From: a virus
Lineage: Duplodnaviria > Heunggongvirae > Uroviricota > Caudoviricetes
DNA length: 64,000 nt
IMG/VR virus record: IMGVR_UViG_3300005535_000017
Coordinates: 82,331 to 146,330 of that record
Strand: one strand, 5' to 3'
Below are positions 54,770 to 63,998 of the stretch, piece after piece (the stretch's first letter is position 1; each line of letters starts with the position of its first letter). The position numbers and the translations under genes were made by a program. The notes beneath the pieces are model-generated. The model ran no database searches. It saw only the letters and a list, made by a program, of their open reading frames with translations, and was not told where the DNA came from.

Positions 54770-56959
54770 CTATCCTCTCGACCGCAAATACTTCTCAAAA
54801 TTCTGAATCACCAGATTCTGAAGTACGCGGTCGACAGAATTCTCGTCATCTCGAGAAGAGGCATTACGCCAGAAGCGAGGAGGTCCGAACATCTTCCTGC
54901 ATTCCTGATCGTCGATGCCGCCGTCGATAACCAAGGTGTACACGTTCACACCTCTCTGCCGCGCCCATTGGATCTCCTTCATTACATACTGCTGAAGGAC
55001 CCAGGTGGGGAGGCCTTGTCCACTGCTCTTCGCGCTGCACGGCGATCCATCTGTCAGCAGGAAGAGGTATTTCGCCATTCCAGGGGACATCTGAGTCAGC
55101 AGGTATCGAGAAGCGACGCGGATCGCCGAGTGCATTGGGGTCAGGCCACCACACTCGACTGGGATTGAGTAATTCTTGCCGGCCGGCTTTGCAGAGCCCA
55201 AGTAGCCCTCGCATTCGCGGTCCCAGCGGTAGATCCAGACCTGACCACTTCTGTCGTATTTTCCACCCTCTCCGCCTCTGAATCCCCAGCGCCGGCCATC
55301 AACGAAGGGGAAGCGAAGAGAGCGTCGGAGCATCTCTCCCGCATGCATTACTTGGTAAAGCCGCTCACCGTCCATCGAGCCGGACATATCGCAAAGGGTG
55401 AGATATCCGAACCCTTGGTTGTTCATATCCTGCTCGAAGATCGAACTGTCATTCGGCTCGATAGCGAACTGAATCGCTGAGTCGACGTCGATGCTGACCC
55501 CGCTCTCGTTGCGCTGCATCTTCTGCCTACCGAGAGTCCTGAAGAAGACGCTGCGCATTCTCTCGACCGCTTCGAGCTCTTTCTCCTTCAGTGCGACCTT
55601 CGAGCGGATGTTCTCCGGCTTCACGTCGATGAAGAGAATCTTCGCCTTGGCGTCGGCCATGAGCTGGCTATCGGGAGAGACTTGCGTCATCCCATCGCGG
55701 AAGCTGTCGATTGCCTGTTGCATGTCCCCATCGATTTGACCGATGTCCTCATCGGTCGGGATAGCGCCGTCGACGTCCTGGAAGACCTGGGCGATTGCCG
55801 ACCGCACGGCGTCGGGCACCGTGGTCATGTCGACTTTGTCGGGAAGGGGATGGTTCTCTTGCTCGTCGAACTGAGTCGAGTGGCGGATCAGAGAGCTGAG
55901 AGCATTGCTCACCTGTGACGCGTCGGGGACGGGTACATCGCCTGTCCCCTGGTCGTGTGGCTCGGAAGCACTGGCTGATTGCGACGCTCCATCGGGAACG
56001 CTGCCTCCAGCTTGTCCCTGATCACTTGCTCCTCCGGCATCTCCTGGGGTGCCAGACGAAGCTCCGGCTCCGGCACTGCCCGCTTGGGCCTGCTGCGCAT
56101 CTTGTCCTCCTTGTTGTGGCTGTTGTGGTGCCTGCGAAGGAGGGGGAGGATGCATCTCTTCGAGCAGTTTGTCTAGACACTGATTCAGGGCAAGGCGGGC
56201 GACGACGAGGGATCGCTGGTATCCCTTGTACCGGATGTGGTGCATGCCCCATTCGATGCAAGGCCGAAGAGGCTCAAAAGGTCCATCTGATACGGTAGGA
56301 GTTCCAAGCGCAACGGCGAAGAGAAAGGCGATGAAGTTCTCGCTGTTGGCTTCTGCTCCTCGACTATTAGAAATACGCGTCCATCGTCTCCAAATTCGAT
56401 CCGCAGAGCCGGGGTAGAGAAGCTCCCAAAGAGAATTGCAGCGAATATCATCGAAGGCGTTGAGGACGTAGAAAAGGAATCTTTCGAGTTGCGCAGGATC
56501 AACATGTGGCGCCTTCTGCTTGAGTTCGTGGACCCAAGGCGCGAGGAAGAGCTTCGCAGTCTTGGGGTCCGTCTTGAAGAGAATGTGCTGCCATTCGTGC
56601 TCGAACCCAAGGTAACCCTGCTCAGCTCCGCAAGTCATGCACGAGAGTGTATCGCCGGGCAGTACGTCGAGCTTGCCCTCCCACTCGTGTCCGCAGGCGA
56701 GTCGGTAGGTATGCCGTCCTCGTGATTCGCCGAGCAGCTCCACCACCTCTTGGTCGATCGGATCGGCGAACTTCACCCAGATGGTGGAGGTGCAGTCCGT
56801 CTGATTCTGATGACCCTCCTGCACCCTGATGTCCTTCTTGTAGGCCCGCTTGAATGTATCGTTGGTGCGATAGATCGGGTTCTTGTCGATCGGAGCCTCA
56901 TAGTGTCGATTTGGTGGAGGAGACTTGCCACCAGAAACATAGTAAGAGCTGTTCGCCAC
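54770..56959 (-). CDS. von Willebrand factor A (vWA) domain protein, CobT-like
   Basis: 729 aa. MIDAS motif LTLCDMSGSMDGER (DxSxS) in the C-terminal third. Long acidic, Gln-rich middle. Sits three genes downstream of an AAA+ ATPase gene. Confidence 0.7.
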   Translation of the reverse strand: MANSSYYVSGGKSPPPNRHYEAPIDKNPIYRTNDTFKRAYKKDIRVQEGHQNQTDCTSTIWVKFADPIDQEVVELLGESRGRHTYRLACGHEWEGKLDVLPGDTLSCMTCGAEQGYLGFEHEWQHILFKTDPKTAKLFLAPWVHELKQKAPHVDPAQLERFLFYVLNAFDDIRCNSLWELLYPGSADRIWRRWTRISNSRGAEANSENFIAFLFAVALGTPTVSDGPFEPLRPCIEWGMHHIRYKGYQRSLVVARLALNQCLDKLLEEMHPPPPSQAPQQPQQGGQDAQQAQAGSAGAGASSGTPGDAGGASDQGQAGGSVPDGASQSASASEPHDQGTGDVPVPDASQVSNALSSLIRHSTQFDEQENHPLPDKVDMTTVPDAVRSAIAQVFQDVDGAIPTDEDIGQIDGDMQQAIDSFRDGMTQVSPDSQLMADAKAKILFIDVKPENIRSKVALKEKELEAVERMRSVFFRTLGRQKMQRNESGVSIDVDSAIQFAIEPNDSSIFEQDMNNQGFGYLTLCDMSGSMDGERLYQVMHAGEMLRRSLRFPFVDGRRWGFRGGEGGKYDRSGQVWIYRWDRECEGYLGSAKPAGKNYSIPVECGGLTPMHSAIRVASRYLLTQMSPGMAKYLFLLTDGSPCSAKSSGQGLPTWVLQQYVMKEIQWARQRGVNVYTLVIDGGIDDQECRKMFGPPRFWRNASSRDDENSVDRVLQNLVIQNFEKYLRSRG

Positions 56960-56968
56960 GGGATACTC

Positions 56969-57469
56969 CTACTTGACGACTGGACCATAAACATGAAACG
57001 CCACCGCTCCCATTTCCAGTAGGAAGCTGCCGAGATATGGGAGAGCGTAGGAGAACTTCTTTCCAACAACGTTCGTGTCCTCCTCTTCCGGCACCGTGCC
57101 TCCCGTCGGGATGACGTGATAGGTGTATGGCACGAGATTTCTATCGTTGGCGTCCACTTCTGCCCAGATCGAGACGTGCTCCTTCGGCACGGCGTAATTG
57201 CCCATGATCTTCGTCTGTGGATGAATGCCGCGGACGACGACGGTCTTGATGCGCCCGCTAATTCTGCGCACCACCGCGCCTCTCGGCATCTTGACGATGG
57301 CGGTGTAGGCCTTGAGCTCTCCAGTGAGCTCGCGGCGCTGCATCTCTTCTTCAGAACCGCCGAGCGGGAAATCGAACTCCTCGATCGTTTTCATTCTTCC
57401 TCTCCCTTTCTGAAGTCCGAATACGTGCCGTCGCAGTAGCGCCAGCCGCTGATCTTGCATCGAACGCAC
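56969..57469 (-). CDS. hypothetical protein (166 aa; may start at internal Met)
   Basis: Between the AAA+ and vWA genes. Overlaps the upstream 77-aa ORF. Confidence 0.4.
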   Translation of the reverse strand: MRSMQDQRLALLRRHVFGLQKGRGRMKTIEEFDFPLGGSEEEMQRRELTGELKAYTAIVKMPRGAVVRRISGRIKTVVVRGIHPQTKIMGNYAVPKEHVSIWAEVDANDRNLVPYTYHVIPTGGTVPEEEDTNVVGKKFSYALPYLGSFLLEMGAVAFHVYGPVVK

Positions 57470-57624
57470 TTCACGAAGGCAGCGGCATCATCAGGGCCAG
57501 CACCGCCGCGGAGTATCTTCTCTCTGAAGCTGTGCCAGCCGTTGTCGCAGAACCACAGACCAATGCGCTGCCATCTCGTGAGACGCGTCTGAGCAGAGGC
57601 GGCGCTCTCACGATAGGGGTTCAC
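57391..57624 (-). CDS. hypothetical small Cys-containing protein (77 aa)
   Basis: Coupled to the AAA+ gene (overlap 57621-57624). Confidence 0.3.
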   Translation of the reverse strand: MNPYRESAASAQTRLTRWQRIGLWFCDNGWHSFREKILRGGAGPDDAAAFVKCVRCKISGWRYCDGTYSDFRKGEEE

Positions 57625-58601
57625 TTGCCGTCCCAGAACTCAGTGACCGTGGCGCCCTTGAAGATGGAGCCCACCCGGGCCAGGGCGGTCTTCCTCTCCT
57701 CGCCCTCGTATTTGCACACCAGCATTTGAAGCGCAGGCTTCAGTCCGTTGGTGCGAACCGTCTGCAGCGTACGGACGATGTCTCGAGTGGAGAGGGCGTA
57801 GCCGATCGCCTTCTGCCTCGACTCCTTGGCGAATCGAAGCATCAGATCGGTGATGTCTTCCATCGCCGCATCCATCTGACCGAGATTGGCGCGGATGATC
57901 TGCTTCTCGTATTCGGTGGGCGGGTAGTCCGTCTCGATCTCGCTCATGCGAGACTTCAGATCCTCGTTGAGATCGTAGGTGCCTCCGTACACCGACGGAT
58001 TCATCGTCCCGGTGAACCACACCGTGCAGCCCTGGTTGAGTCGGAAGGTCTGCCCAAGAGAGTCCACTTCCACCGCGCGCTCTTGCAGGACGCCGTTGAG
58101 CATCTTCTGCGACTGCGGAGTGAGGGCATTGAACTCCTCGAAGAGCAGGATGCACCTGCCGACTTCATTGGCGATGCGGATTGCCTTCGGCAGACCAGAG
58201 AGCACGAACTTCGTCTCTCGCCCCACCAGGACATATCGCCCGATGAGCTGCAAGTCCTTGGTGTTCTCTGAGCACTCCACCACGACGAGTGGGATGCGCC
58301 AGGCGAAGGCTGCGGCTCGAATCGAGAGAGACTTCCCGTTGCCCTTCGGTCCCTTCAGCAAGAGATTGCCGTGGTCCTGAAAAGCGAGAGCTTGATACTG
58401 CGGCATCAACCCGAAGACGTCGACGAAGGGGACGGTCTGGTTGACCAAGAGCTCTGATGCAGGTGTGCAGATGATGGGGATGTGTTTCTCGTCGGCATGA
58501 GCCGACCGTTGGATCTCTCCTCGTGAGTAAAGGGATTCGATCAGCGCAGTCTTCTGATCAGCCGGCAGTCCATCGAGCCATTGGTTCCACGGATTCGACA
58601 T
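57621..58601 (-). CDS. AAA+ ATPase, MoxR/CobS-like (AAA_5 type)
   Basis: 326 aa. Walker A LLLKGPKGNGKS. Walker B CILLFEEFNAL. Arginine-finger region downstream. Confidence 0.7.
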   Translation of the reverse strand: MSNPWNQWLDGLPADQKTALIESLYSRGEIQRSAHADEKHIPIICTPASELLVNQTVPFVDVFGLMPQYQALAFQDHGNLLLKGPKGNGKSLSIRAAAFAWRIPLVVVECSENTKDLQLIGRYVLVGRETKFVLSGLPKAIRIANEVGRCILLFEEFNALTPQSQKMLNGVLQERAVEVDSLGQTFRLNQGCTVWFTGTMNPSVYGGTYDLNEDLKSRMSEIETDYPPTEYEKQIIRANLGQMDAAMEDITDLMLRFAKESRQKAIGYALSTRDIVRTLQTVRTNGLKPALQMLVCKYEGEERKTALARVGSIFKGATVTEFWDGK

Positions 58602-58727
58602 TCATCGCTCCTTGATAAGAAACGGATCTGGGATCACCGCGCTTATCCCGGAGGAGTTGTAGCGTTTTCCGTCGGTGCTGTCAGCTAAGAAAATGCCGGA
58701 GAAGATCCGGCGAGGAGTACTGGGGAA

Positions 58728-59588
58728 CTACTGGAGAGAGACGGTCCAGGGCATTGAAGCCGACACGTCGAAGGAGAACGAGGTCTGCGTCAGCGAGTAG
58801 GAGGAGAGACCCGTCGCCGCAACACTCATGCACCCCATCTGGTTCGGTCCCCCGGAATAGGACTGGTAGTTGATGAACGTCTGGGGCCAGTTCTGCCAGT
58901 AGAGCTTGGTGCCTTGGAAGGCCTGCCAGAAGAGCTGGTTCGAGAAGGTGAAGATGCCTTCATCCGACGAGACGTACGGAGTGCCAGTGCAGTTGTTCGT
59001 GGGGTAGTAGAACTTCGTCGGCTTCTGCGTGATGATGTAGTTGTACGGATAGTTGGCCACCGGGTTCGAGGTGTTGTTGGTCATAGCGTAGAGGCCGACG
59101 CCGCCGTTGCCGAGAGGCGCGAGCATGCCGATGTACTGCGTCGTGCCGGCGAGCACACCAGTGACCTGCAGAGCTCTGCCGTCCTTGCCGGCCGCTCCAG
59201 CAACGCCCTGCGGTCCTTGAGCTCCCTGCGCACCGGTGTCGCCCTTCGGCCCCTGGATGCCCTGCGGGCCCTGAGCGCCCGTGTCGCCCTTGGGTCCCTG
59301 CATGCCCATCGGACCCTGGACACCTTGCACGCCTTGCGGACCCTGCACGCCCTGATCGCCCTTCGGGCCTTGGAGACCCTGGGCGCCGGTCATTCCAACA
59401 TCACCCTTGTCGCCCTTCGCACCAGCAAGCCCTTGCGGGCCAGCGGGGCCAGGGACGCCCGAGCACACGCCGCCGTCAGCGGACATGCACATCGGGATTT
59501 CGGCGGGCTTCTGCGCCCCGGCCGCGGAACCCGAATCGCAGCCAGCACTACCGATTGCCAGGAGAGACACCGCGAGGATGTAGCGCAT
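58728..59588 (-). CDS. collagen triple-helix repeat protein with lipoprotein-type signal peptide
   Basis: 286 aa. N-terminal MRYILAVSLLAIGSAGC (lipobox-like LAIGSAGC). About 31 uninterrupted G-X-Y triplets, then a 150-aa C-terminal beta-rich domain. Confidence 0.8.
   Translation of the reverse strand: MRYILAVSLLAIGSAGCDSGSAAGAQKPAEIPMCMSADGGVCSGVPGPAGPQGLAGAKGDKGDVGMTGAQGLQGPKGDQGVQGPQGVQGVQGPMGMQGPKGDTGAQGPQGIQGPKGDTGAQGAQGPQGVAGAAGKDGRALQVTGVLAGTTQYIGMLAPLGNGGVGLYAMTNNTSNPVANYPYNYIITQKPTKFYYPTNNCTGTPYVSSDEGIFTFSNQLFWQAFQGTKLYWQNWPQTFINYQSYSGGPNQMGCMSVAATGLSSYSLTQTSFSFDVSASMPWTVSLQ
59178..59459 (-). repeat. collagen-like G-X-Y tandem triplet repeat (coding)
   Basis: Nucleotide 9-mer periodicity ggn ccn nnn, encoding GPAGPQGLAGAKGDKGDVG... 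through AGKDG. Confidence 0.75.
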
Positions 59589-60040
59589 CAGTTGCCCCCT
59601 TTCTCAGCCAGATGGAACCGGCTATTGATGTGAATGACATCGTTCGTTTCCGAGCATTGAGCTTCACCATGAAGCACTGCTGGAGCGAACACTTCCTTGA
59701 ACTTTGCCTTCAGGTCTTCCCACTTCTTGTCATCGATTCCAGGCCACACGAATCCCATCGATACCGCACAGGTCTTCTCGTGGCGATCGACCACTTTCTT
59801 GCTCAGATGAACCCTGATTCCGTACTCCTCGAAATCGATGCCGGCGACTCCCTGAACCTTGTGAAGGTCCACCCCGAACATCGACTGCAGCACCTTGCAT
59901 CGAGTCATGAGGAAGTCCCTGCGGAATGCCTCACTCAGCGAGTGGTCCAGATGCCAGACCATGAGAGTGCAGAGCTCGGAGCCCTCTCGCACCAGAGCGC
60001 CTCGAACCACACACTCGCCTGCTTCTTCCTCTCGCTGCAT
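59588..60040 (-). CDS. hypothetical protein (150 aa)
   Basis: Between the spanin-like and collagen-like genes. Confidence 0.45.
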   Translation of the reverse strand: MQREEEAGECVVRGALVREGSELCTLMVWHLDHSLSEAFRRDFLMTRCKVLQSMFGVDLHKVQGVAGIDFEEYGIRVHLSKKVVDRHEKTCAVSMGFVWPGIDDKKWEDLKAKFKEVFAPAVLHGEAQCSETNDVIHINSRFHLAEKGGN

Positions 60041-60134
60041 TGCTTCTCCTCCCCCACAGAGGTCAATAGAAGGGTGTGCCCTGGATCTACTGCTTTCCAG
60101 GCTAAGAGCTTATCTCAGATCTGAGAGGGTGGTT

Positions 60135-60782
60135 TTACTTTGAGAGGGCTTCGGAGCTGGCTGGGGCGGTCATGGCACCCCTAGTCCAGTCTGGAGAGTC
60201 TTCTTCAGGCCCCTCATACACCTTCCCGATCTTGTAGACCTTTCCACTATTCACATCGATGAGAGCCGACTTGAGGTCCATCGGCATTTCGACTCGTGTG
60301 GCGGCCGCCTGCTGCACAGCCTGTGTGTGCATCGCTGGTGGAAGGTGAAGCTTCGATGGCGCCCGAGAGTGTTCTTCGCGTGCGTGAATGGTCAGGAAGC
60401 TTTCAACAGCGCGGACGTGTCCCGACAGCTCAGCGATCGCCTTGCTGTATTCCTTGTCGTTCTTCTGCAGCTCTTCGACTGCGACCTTCGTTGCCGCGTA
60501 GCCGGCCTCCGCTTCCGCCTTGGTCTCATTGGCCTTCATCTGGGCCTCTACCTTGGCCGCCCGATACGAGAAGTAGCTAGTGATGAGAGGTGGGATGGCC
60601 ACCACCAGCAAGACCAGCCACCAGGGGCTCTTGCGGTACTTCTTGAGTATGCCTTCGGGTGAGGTGTGGGACTCGTCCTCGTGCTGCTCTGCTGCGTTGT
60701 GCATGAGCGAAGTTTGGATCGGAACCTCGTCGCTGGGAAGGACAGCTAAGAAGAAGCGAGAGTACATCCTCGCTTCTTCCAA
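60135..60782 (-). CDS. N-terminal-TM coiled-coil protein (i-spanin-like?)
   Basis: 215 aa. TM WWLVLLVVAIPPLITSYFSY, then a long Ala/Glu/Lys-rich helix. Track start is TTG; the ATG is at 60767. Confidence 0.45.
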   Translation of the reverse strand: MEEARMYSRFFLAVLPSDEVPIQTSLMHNAAEQHEDESHTSPEGILKKYRKSPWWLVLLVVAIPPLITSYFSYRAAKVEAQMKANETKAEAEAGYAATKVAVEELQKNDKEYSKAIAELSGHVRAVESFLTIHAREEHSRAPSKLHLPPAMHTQAVQQAAATRVEMPMDLKSALIDVNSGKVYKIGKVYEGPEEDSPDWTRGAMTAPASSEALSK

Positions 60783-60784
60783 GG

Positions 60785-60937
60785 CTAGCGGCCGGGCGCC
60801 ACGACCTCGACCTTCTTCTTCCCGGCGTTGTAGGCGATCGGAGCCGCGATCGCGGTCCCGGCCACCACACCACCGACGATGGCGAGAGTGAGAGTAGCGG
60901 TGGAGCTGAGGCCGAGAGCGACGAGAGACTTGAACAT
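60785..60937 (-). CDS. small hydrophobic membrane peptide (50 aa), holin-like
   Basis: AGGAGG RBS then ATG (rc of 60935-60937). MFKSLVALGLSSTATLTLAIVGGVVAGTAIAAPIAYNAGKKKVEVVAPGR: one or two TM segments plus a charged tail. Not in ORF track (<60 aa). Confidence 0.35.
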   Translation of the reverse strand: MFKSLVALGLSSTATLTLAIVGGVVAGTAIAAPIAYNAGKKKVEVVAPGR

Positions 60938-61027
60938 GTGGATCTCCTCCTGAAAAGGTTTGCTAGATCATCTGTCTAGCTTCATAGGCCTTATAACCGG
61001 CTGTACGGGGGATTTGCAGAACTGAGG

Positions 61028-61474
61028 CTAGGCGGGGGTCTTATTGAGCGTTTCGAAGGGTATCAGAGCCTCTCGGAAGAGGTCTTCCACCATGCCACTG
61101 TTCTGGCTCTGGTAGTACTCGCGCACAACGACTCGGACGATGCCTGCGTTGATGATTCTCTTGGCGCATTCGTAGCACGGCGACACGGTGCAGTAGAGCG
61201 TGCAGCCCTCCGCCATGATCCCAGCTTGATCGATGGCATTCGACTCGGCATGGAGGGTGCGGATGCAGCTCTGTCGGCCGTCGATCTCCTTCATGAGATG
61301 CCCCACGTCGTCGCAGTGAGGCATCCCACGGGGAGATCCATTGTAGCCTGTGGAGACAATCGTCTTGGTCGCGTTGTTCACGAGAACCGCCCCCACATGC
61401 TTGCGATCGCACGTGGCTCTGGTTGCAGCATGATCTGCGATCCCCAGGAAGTACTCATCGACTGTCGGTCTCAT
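61028..61474 (-). CDS. deoxycytidylate (dCMP) deaminase
   Basis: 148 aa. Zinc-binding HAESNAI and PCYECAK motifs of the cytidine/dCMP deaminase family. Confidence 0.8.
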   Translation of the reverse strand: MRPTVDEYFLGIADHAATRATCDRKHVGAVLVNNATKTIVSTGYNGSPRGMPHCDDVGHLMKEIDGRQSCIRTLHAESNAIDQAGIMAEGCTLYCTVSPCYECAKRIINAGIVRVVVREYYQSQNSGMVEDLFREALIPFETLNKTPA

Positions 61475-61484
61475 TGTCTCTCCA

Positions 61485-61811
61485 TCAGGTGGTCGGTGGC
61501 GGGAGCATACCTGAGATCATTTGGTATGTCTGGTAGAGCTCGTACTGGGCCCAGCGAAGCATACCTTCGGCAGCCTGATTGATGTCGGGCCAGGCATGGT
61601 GATCCCGCTTCGTGTAGCACTTGCCCTGGAGCGTCCCAACGAAGGGAAGCGGCTCCCGGGGCCGATACTCGATGATGAGGAAGAAGGGGAAGAGATGCAT
61701 GGACCACGCGGTGTTAGTCTTGTTGGGAATCCACGCGTTCTCGTATGCCATCACCCCTGCCCCAGCCGCCGCATCAGCTTCTCTTTGCACTGGTGCCTGT
61801 ATCTGTGGCAT
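61485..61811 (-). CDS. hypothetical protein (108 aa)
   Basis: ORF in the minus block. No motif. Confidence 0.45.
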   Translation of the reverse strand: MPQIQAPVQREADAAAGAGVMAYENAWIPNKTNTAWSMHLFPFFLIIEYRPREPLPFVGTLQGKCYTKRDHHAWPDINQAAEGMLRWAQYELYQTYQMISGMLPPPTT

Positions 61812-61820
61812 GGCCCTACT

Positions 61821-62297
61821 TTACTTGGTGGGTGTGTTCTTGGGATCGATCCTACTGGGAGGGCGACCTTTCCCTGAACTTCTCTTCTTCGAGGCCTCCT
61901 TGTTTTGCCTCGCCTCCTCCTTCCGCCTCTTCCGCTCCTCGGCCTTGTCCTTCTGGCGCTGGAGGTAGCGGGCCTTGTCTTTCGCGGACTCTTCTCGCAG
62001 ATCCCTGTTGATGTCTCCCTCGAGAGCGGTCAGCGCCTCGATGATGAAGCGGATCGGGTTGAAGTCTGCGATGTCGTGCTGGAAGTTCGGCATGATGCGC
62101 CCGTGCCGCGTGATATAGCCGCCGCGGGAGTGCTCGAAGCCGATGCTTGGGCTGTAGGTGCTGCCACTCTTGTCGAAGGAGATATGAACTCCGCTCTCCT
62201 TGTGGTGGTAGTCCTTGAAGCGCTTCCAGTGAGTCTCGCTATCCTCGGTTCTTTCCGGGCGGGAGCTGTTTTGGCCCTCGCCCTTCCCGTCGGTCAT
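61821..62297 (-). CDS. hypothetical protein with strongly basic Lys/Arg-rich C-terminus (158 aa)
   Basis: KDKAEERKRRKEEARQNKEASKKRSSGKGRPPSR tail, consistent with nucleic-acid binding. Confidence 0.45.
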   Translation of the reverse strand: MTDGKGEGQNSSRPERTEDSETHWKRFKDYHHKESGVHISFDKSGSTYSPSIGFEHSRGGYITRHGRIMPNFQHDIADFNPIRFIIEALTALEGDINRDLREESAKDKARYLQRQKDKAEERKRRKEEARQNKEASKKRSSGKGRPPSRIDPKNTPTK

Positions 62298-62949
62298 TTG
62301 AACCCTCCTTGGAGCCCAGCGCCGGTACTTCCAATCGTACGTGCTTTCCGAACTTGGGATCTTTCTGAACGCCCTGTGCGATGCGGGCGTTTTGCCACTC
62401 GCGGCCCTCGCTGTCGATCGCCGTCAGCCGCACGTAGAACTTGTAGATGGGATCCTTCTCGATGATCGACTTTGGGATGCCCGGATGGAGATACTCCAGC
62501 GCGGCGATGACGGTCTCGCGCATGGACTTGTCGGTATTGGGCGTCCCGAACTTCTTCTCCAGCAGGCCCCGCAGGCGGTGCTTCACCTGCTCGACTTGGT
62601 TGGGGTCCTGCTGAATGTAGCCGTAGCCCTGCTCCAGCTCTTGAGTCCTGGGAAGCAGGAAGGACTCAATCTCGGCTATTTCATCCAACAGCTTGTTGTG
62701 GTTCTTGGCTTGCGCCAGGCTTCCCCACTCGGTGCGGTCTCTCGCGATGAAGTTCTGTGTGATCTCGATGCCGCGCTTCTTGGCTTCCTCCACCTCGTAG
62801 TCGCGAGGGTAAGACGCGATGATCCGCACCAGCAGCTTATCACCGCACTTGCACTCATACCACTCCGTGTCCGGGGGTTTGAGTCCCTCCACCTTTATAC
62901 GCCGAAGACTTTGGTGATTGTCGCCGGTACAAGACATCTTATTTGACAC
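62239..62949 (-). CDS. hypothetical protein (236 aa)
   Basis: ORF with N-terminal C..C.C cluster. Confidence 0.5.
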   Translation of the reverse strand: MSNKMSCTGDNHQSLRRIKVEGLKPPDTEWYECKCGDKLLVRIIASYPRDYEVEEAKKRGIEITQNFIARDRTEWGSLAQAKNHNKLLDEIAEIESFLLPRTQELEQGYGYIQQDPNQVEQVKHRLRGLLEKKFGTPNTDKSMRETVIAALEYLHPGIPKSIIEKDPIYKFYVRLTAIDSEGREWQNARIAQGVQKDPKFGKHVRLEVPALGSKEGSNDRREGRGPKQLPPGKNRG

Positions 62950-63037
62950 CTCAATTTGAAAGGGTTTGGGGTACCCTTTCTTATCTCCCAGGGGGAGTTG
63001 AGGTTGCTAAAAGAGAGGAAGAATCCTCTCTAGAAGC

Positions 63038-63673
63038 TCACGCAGCGGCGTGAACTGGGGTGGCGGGGAAGATCTTGGAGTTGAATTGGAACTGCGTGGC
63101 GGTCTCTTCATCGAGGAAGAGCTCAGGATGGCGTCGTACTTCTCTCTCGATCTTCTCGAACTCGTAGGCTACAGCCTTCGTCAGGAGCCCCACGTCGTGA
63201 TAGAGCGGGCCGCCCTGTACCATGAAGACGTGCTCCTTCGCCTCGTTCCAGTAGACGAGCCCAGCGTAGGCGCTCACGATGCGATTGAACCGCTGCATGG
63301 CGTCACGGAAGCGGGCGTGTGACTCCGCTGTTTCGTCGACCGACGGGGTGTAGAAGTCGACGGCTTCTCGCATCAGCGAGTGCGAGGCCCGTCGGGCCAG
63401 GACGAAGGTGAGATGCATCAGAGCTCGCCTGAGGAGCTCTCCGCGCCGCTGCTCGAGCCCTTCCGACTTCGGGGCCCGCACGATGTTGCCGATCGCCTCG
63501 AGCACTAGGTACACGACGCCACTGCTTTGGTGCTTCTGCACGAGCTCCAGCGCCAGCTCGAGGGTTTCCTCGATGCTCCCCTTGTTCACCAATTCCATCC
63601 TGACCTCCTTTCCTTCCCCATACTTTGCCCGCGCCGCCACCGGAGGGTAGTTGCTCTGCAGTAGCGTCCGCAT
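63038..63673 (-). CDS. hypothetical protein (211 aa)
   Basis: ORF coupled to the upstream gene (stop 63675 / start 63673). Confidence 0.5.
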   Translation of the reverse strand: MRTLLQSNYPPVAARAKYGEGKEVRMELVNKGSIEETLELALELVQKHQSSGVVYLVLEAIGNIVRAPKSEGLEQRRGELLRRALMHLTFVLARRASHSLMREAVDFYTPSVDETAESHARFRDAMQRFNRIVSAYAGLVYWNEAKEHVFMVQGGPLYHDVGLLTKAVAYEFEKIEREVRRHPELFLDEETATQFQFNSKIFPATPVHAAA

Positions 63674-63674
63674 C

Positions 63675-63998
63675 CTACGACCCCGTCAGCTTGTCACGAG
63701 CTGCCTGCGCCTTGGTATGTAGAGCGACCATCGTCGCTGCCAAGACCCCGCCATCTGCTTCGATGAGCTCCATGGCCTTCGTCATGACTTGCATTTGGCC
63801 CGAGACCAGGTTGTCGTTGAACATGGACGGAACGACGATCTCGTCCGTCTTCACTTCGTAGATGCTCAGAGTCCACGATTTGTCCTGCGGCAGCTTCGAC
63901 ACTTCCAACCGAACCAGCTTGAGGTTGAGCGTGTACTTCTCTTCGTGCAACACTGATGACTTCTTGCTCCGAACCCAGTGGTCCATCTGATCCTCCAA
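63675..63998 (-). CDS. hypothetical protein (107 aa)
   Basis: ORF with GAGGA-like RBS context. Confidence 0.5.
   Translation of the reverse strand: MEDQMDHWVRSKKSSVLHEEKYTLNLKLVRLEVSKLPQDKSWTLSIYEVKTDEIVVPSMFNDNLVSGQMQVMTKAMELIEADGGVLAATMVALHTKAQAARDKLTGS

Noticed and set aside
59588-60040. 150-aa ORF as an M15-type endolysin
   Set aside because: Could not find the SxHxxGxAxD / EWWH zinc-peptidase motifs. Left as hypothetical.
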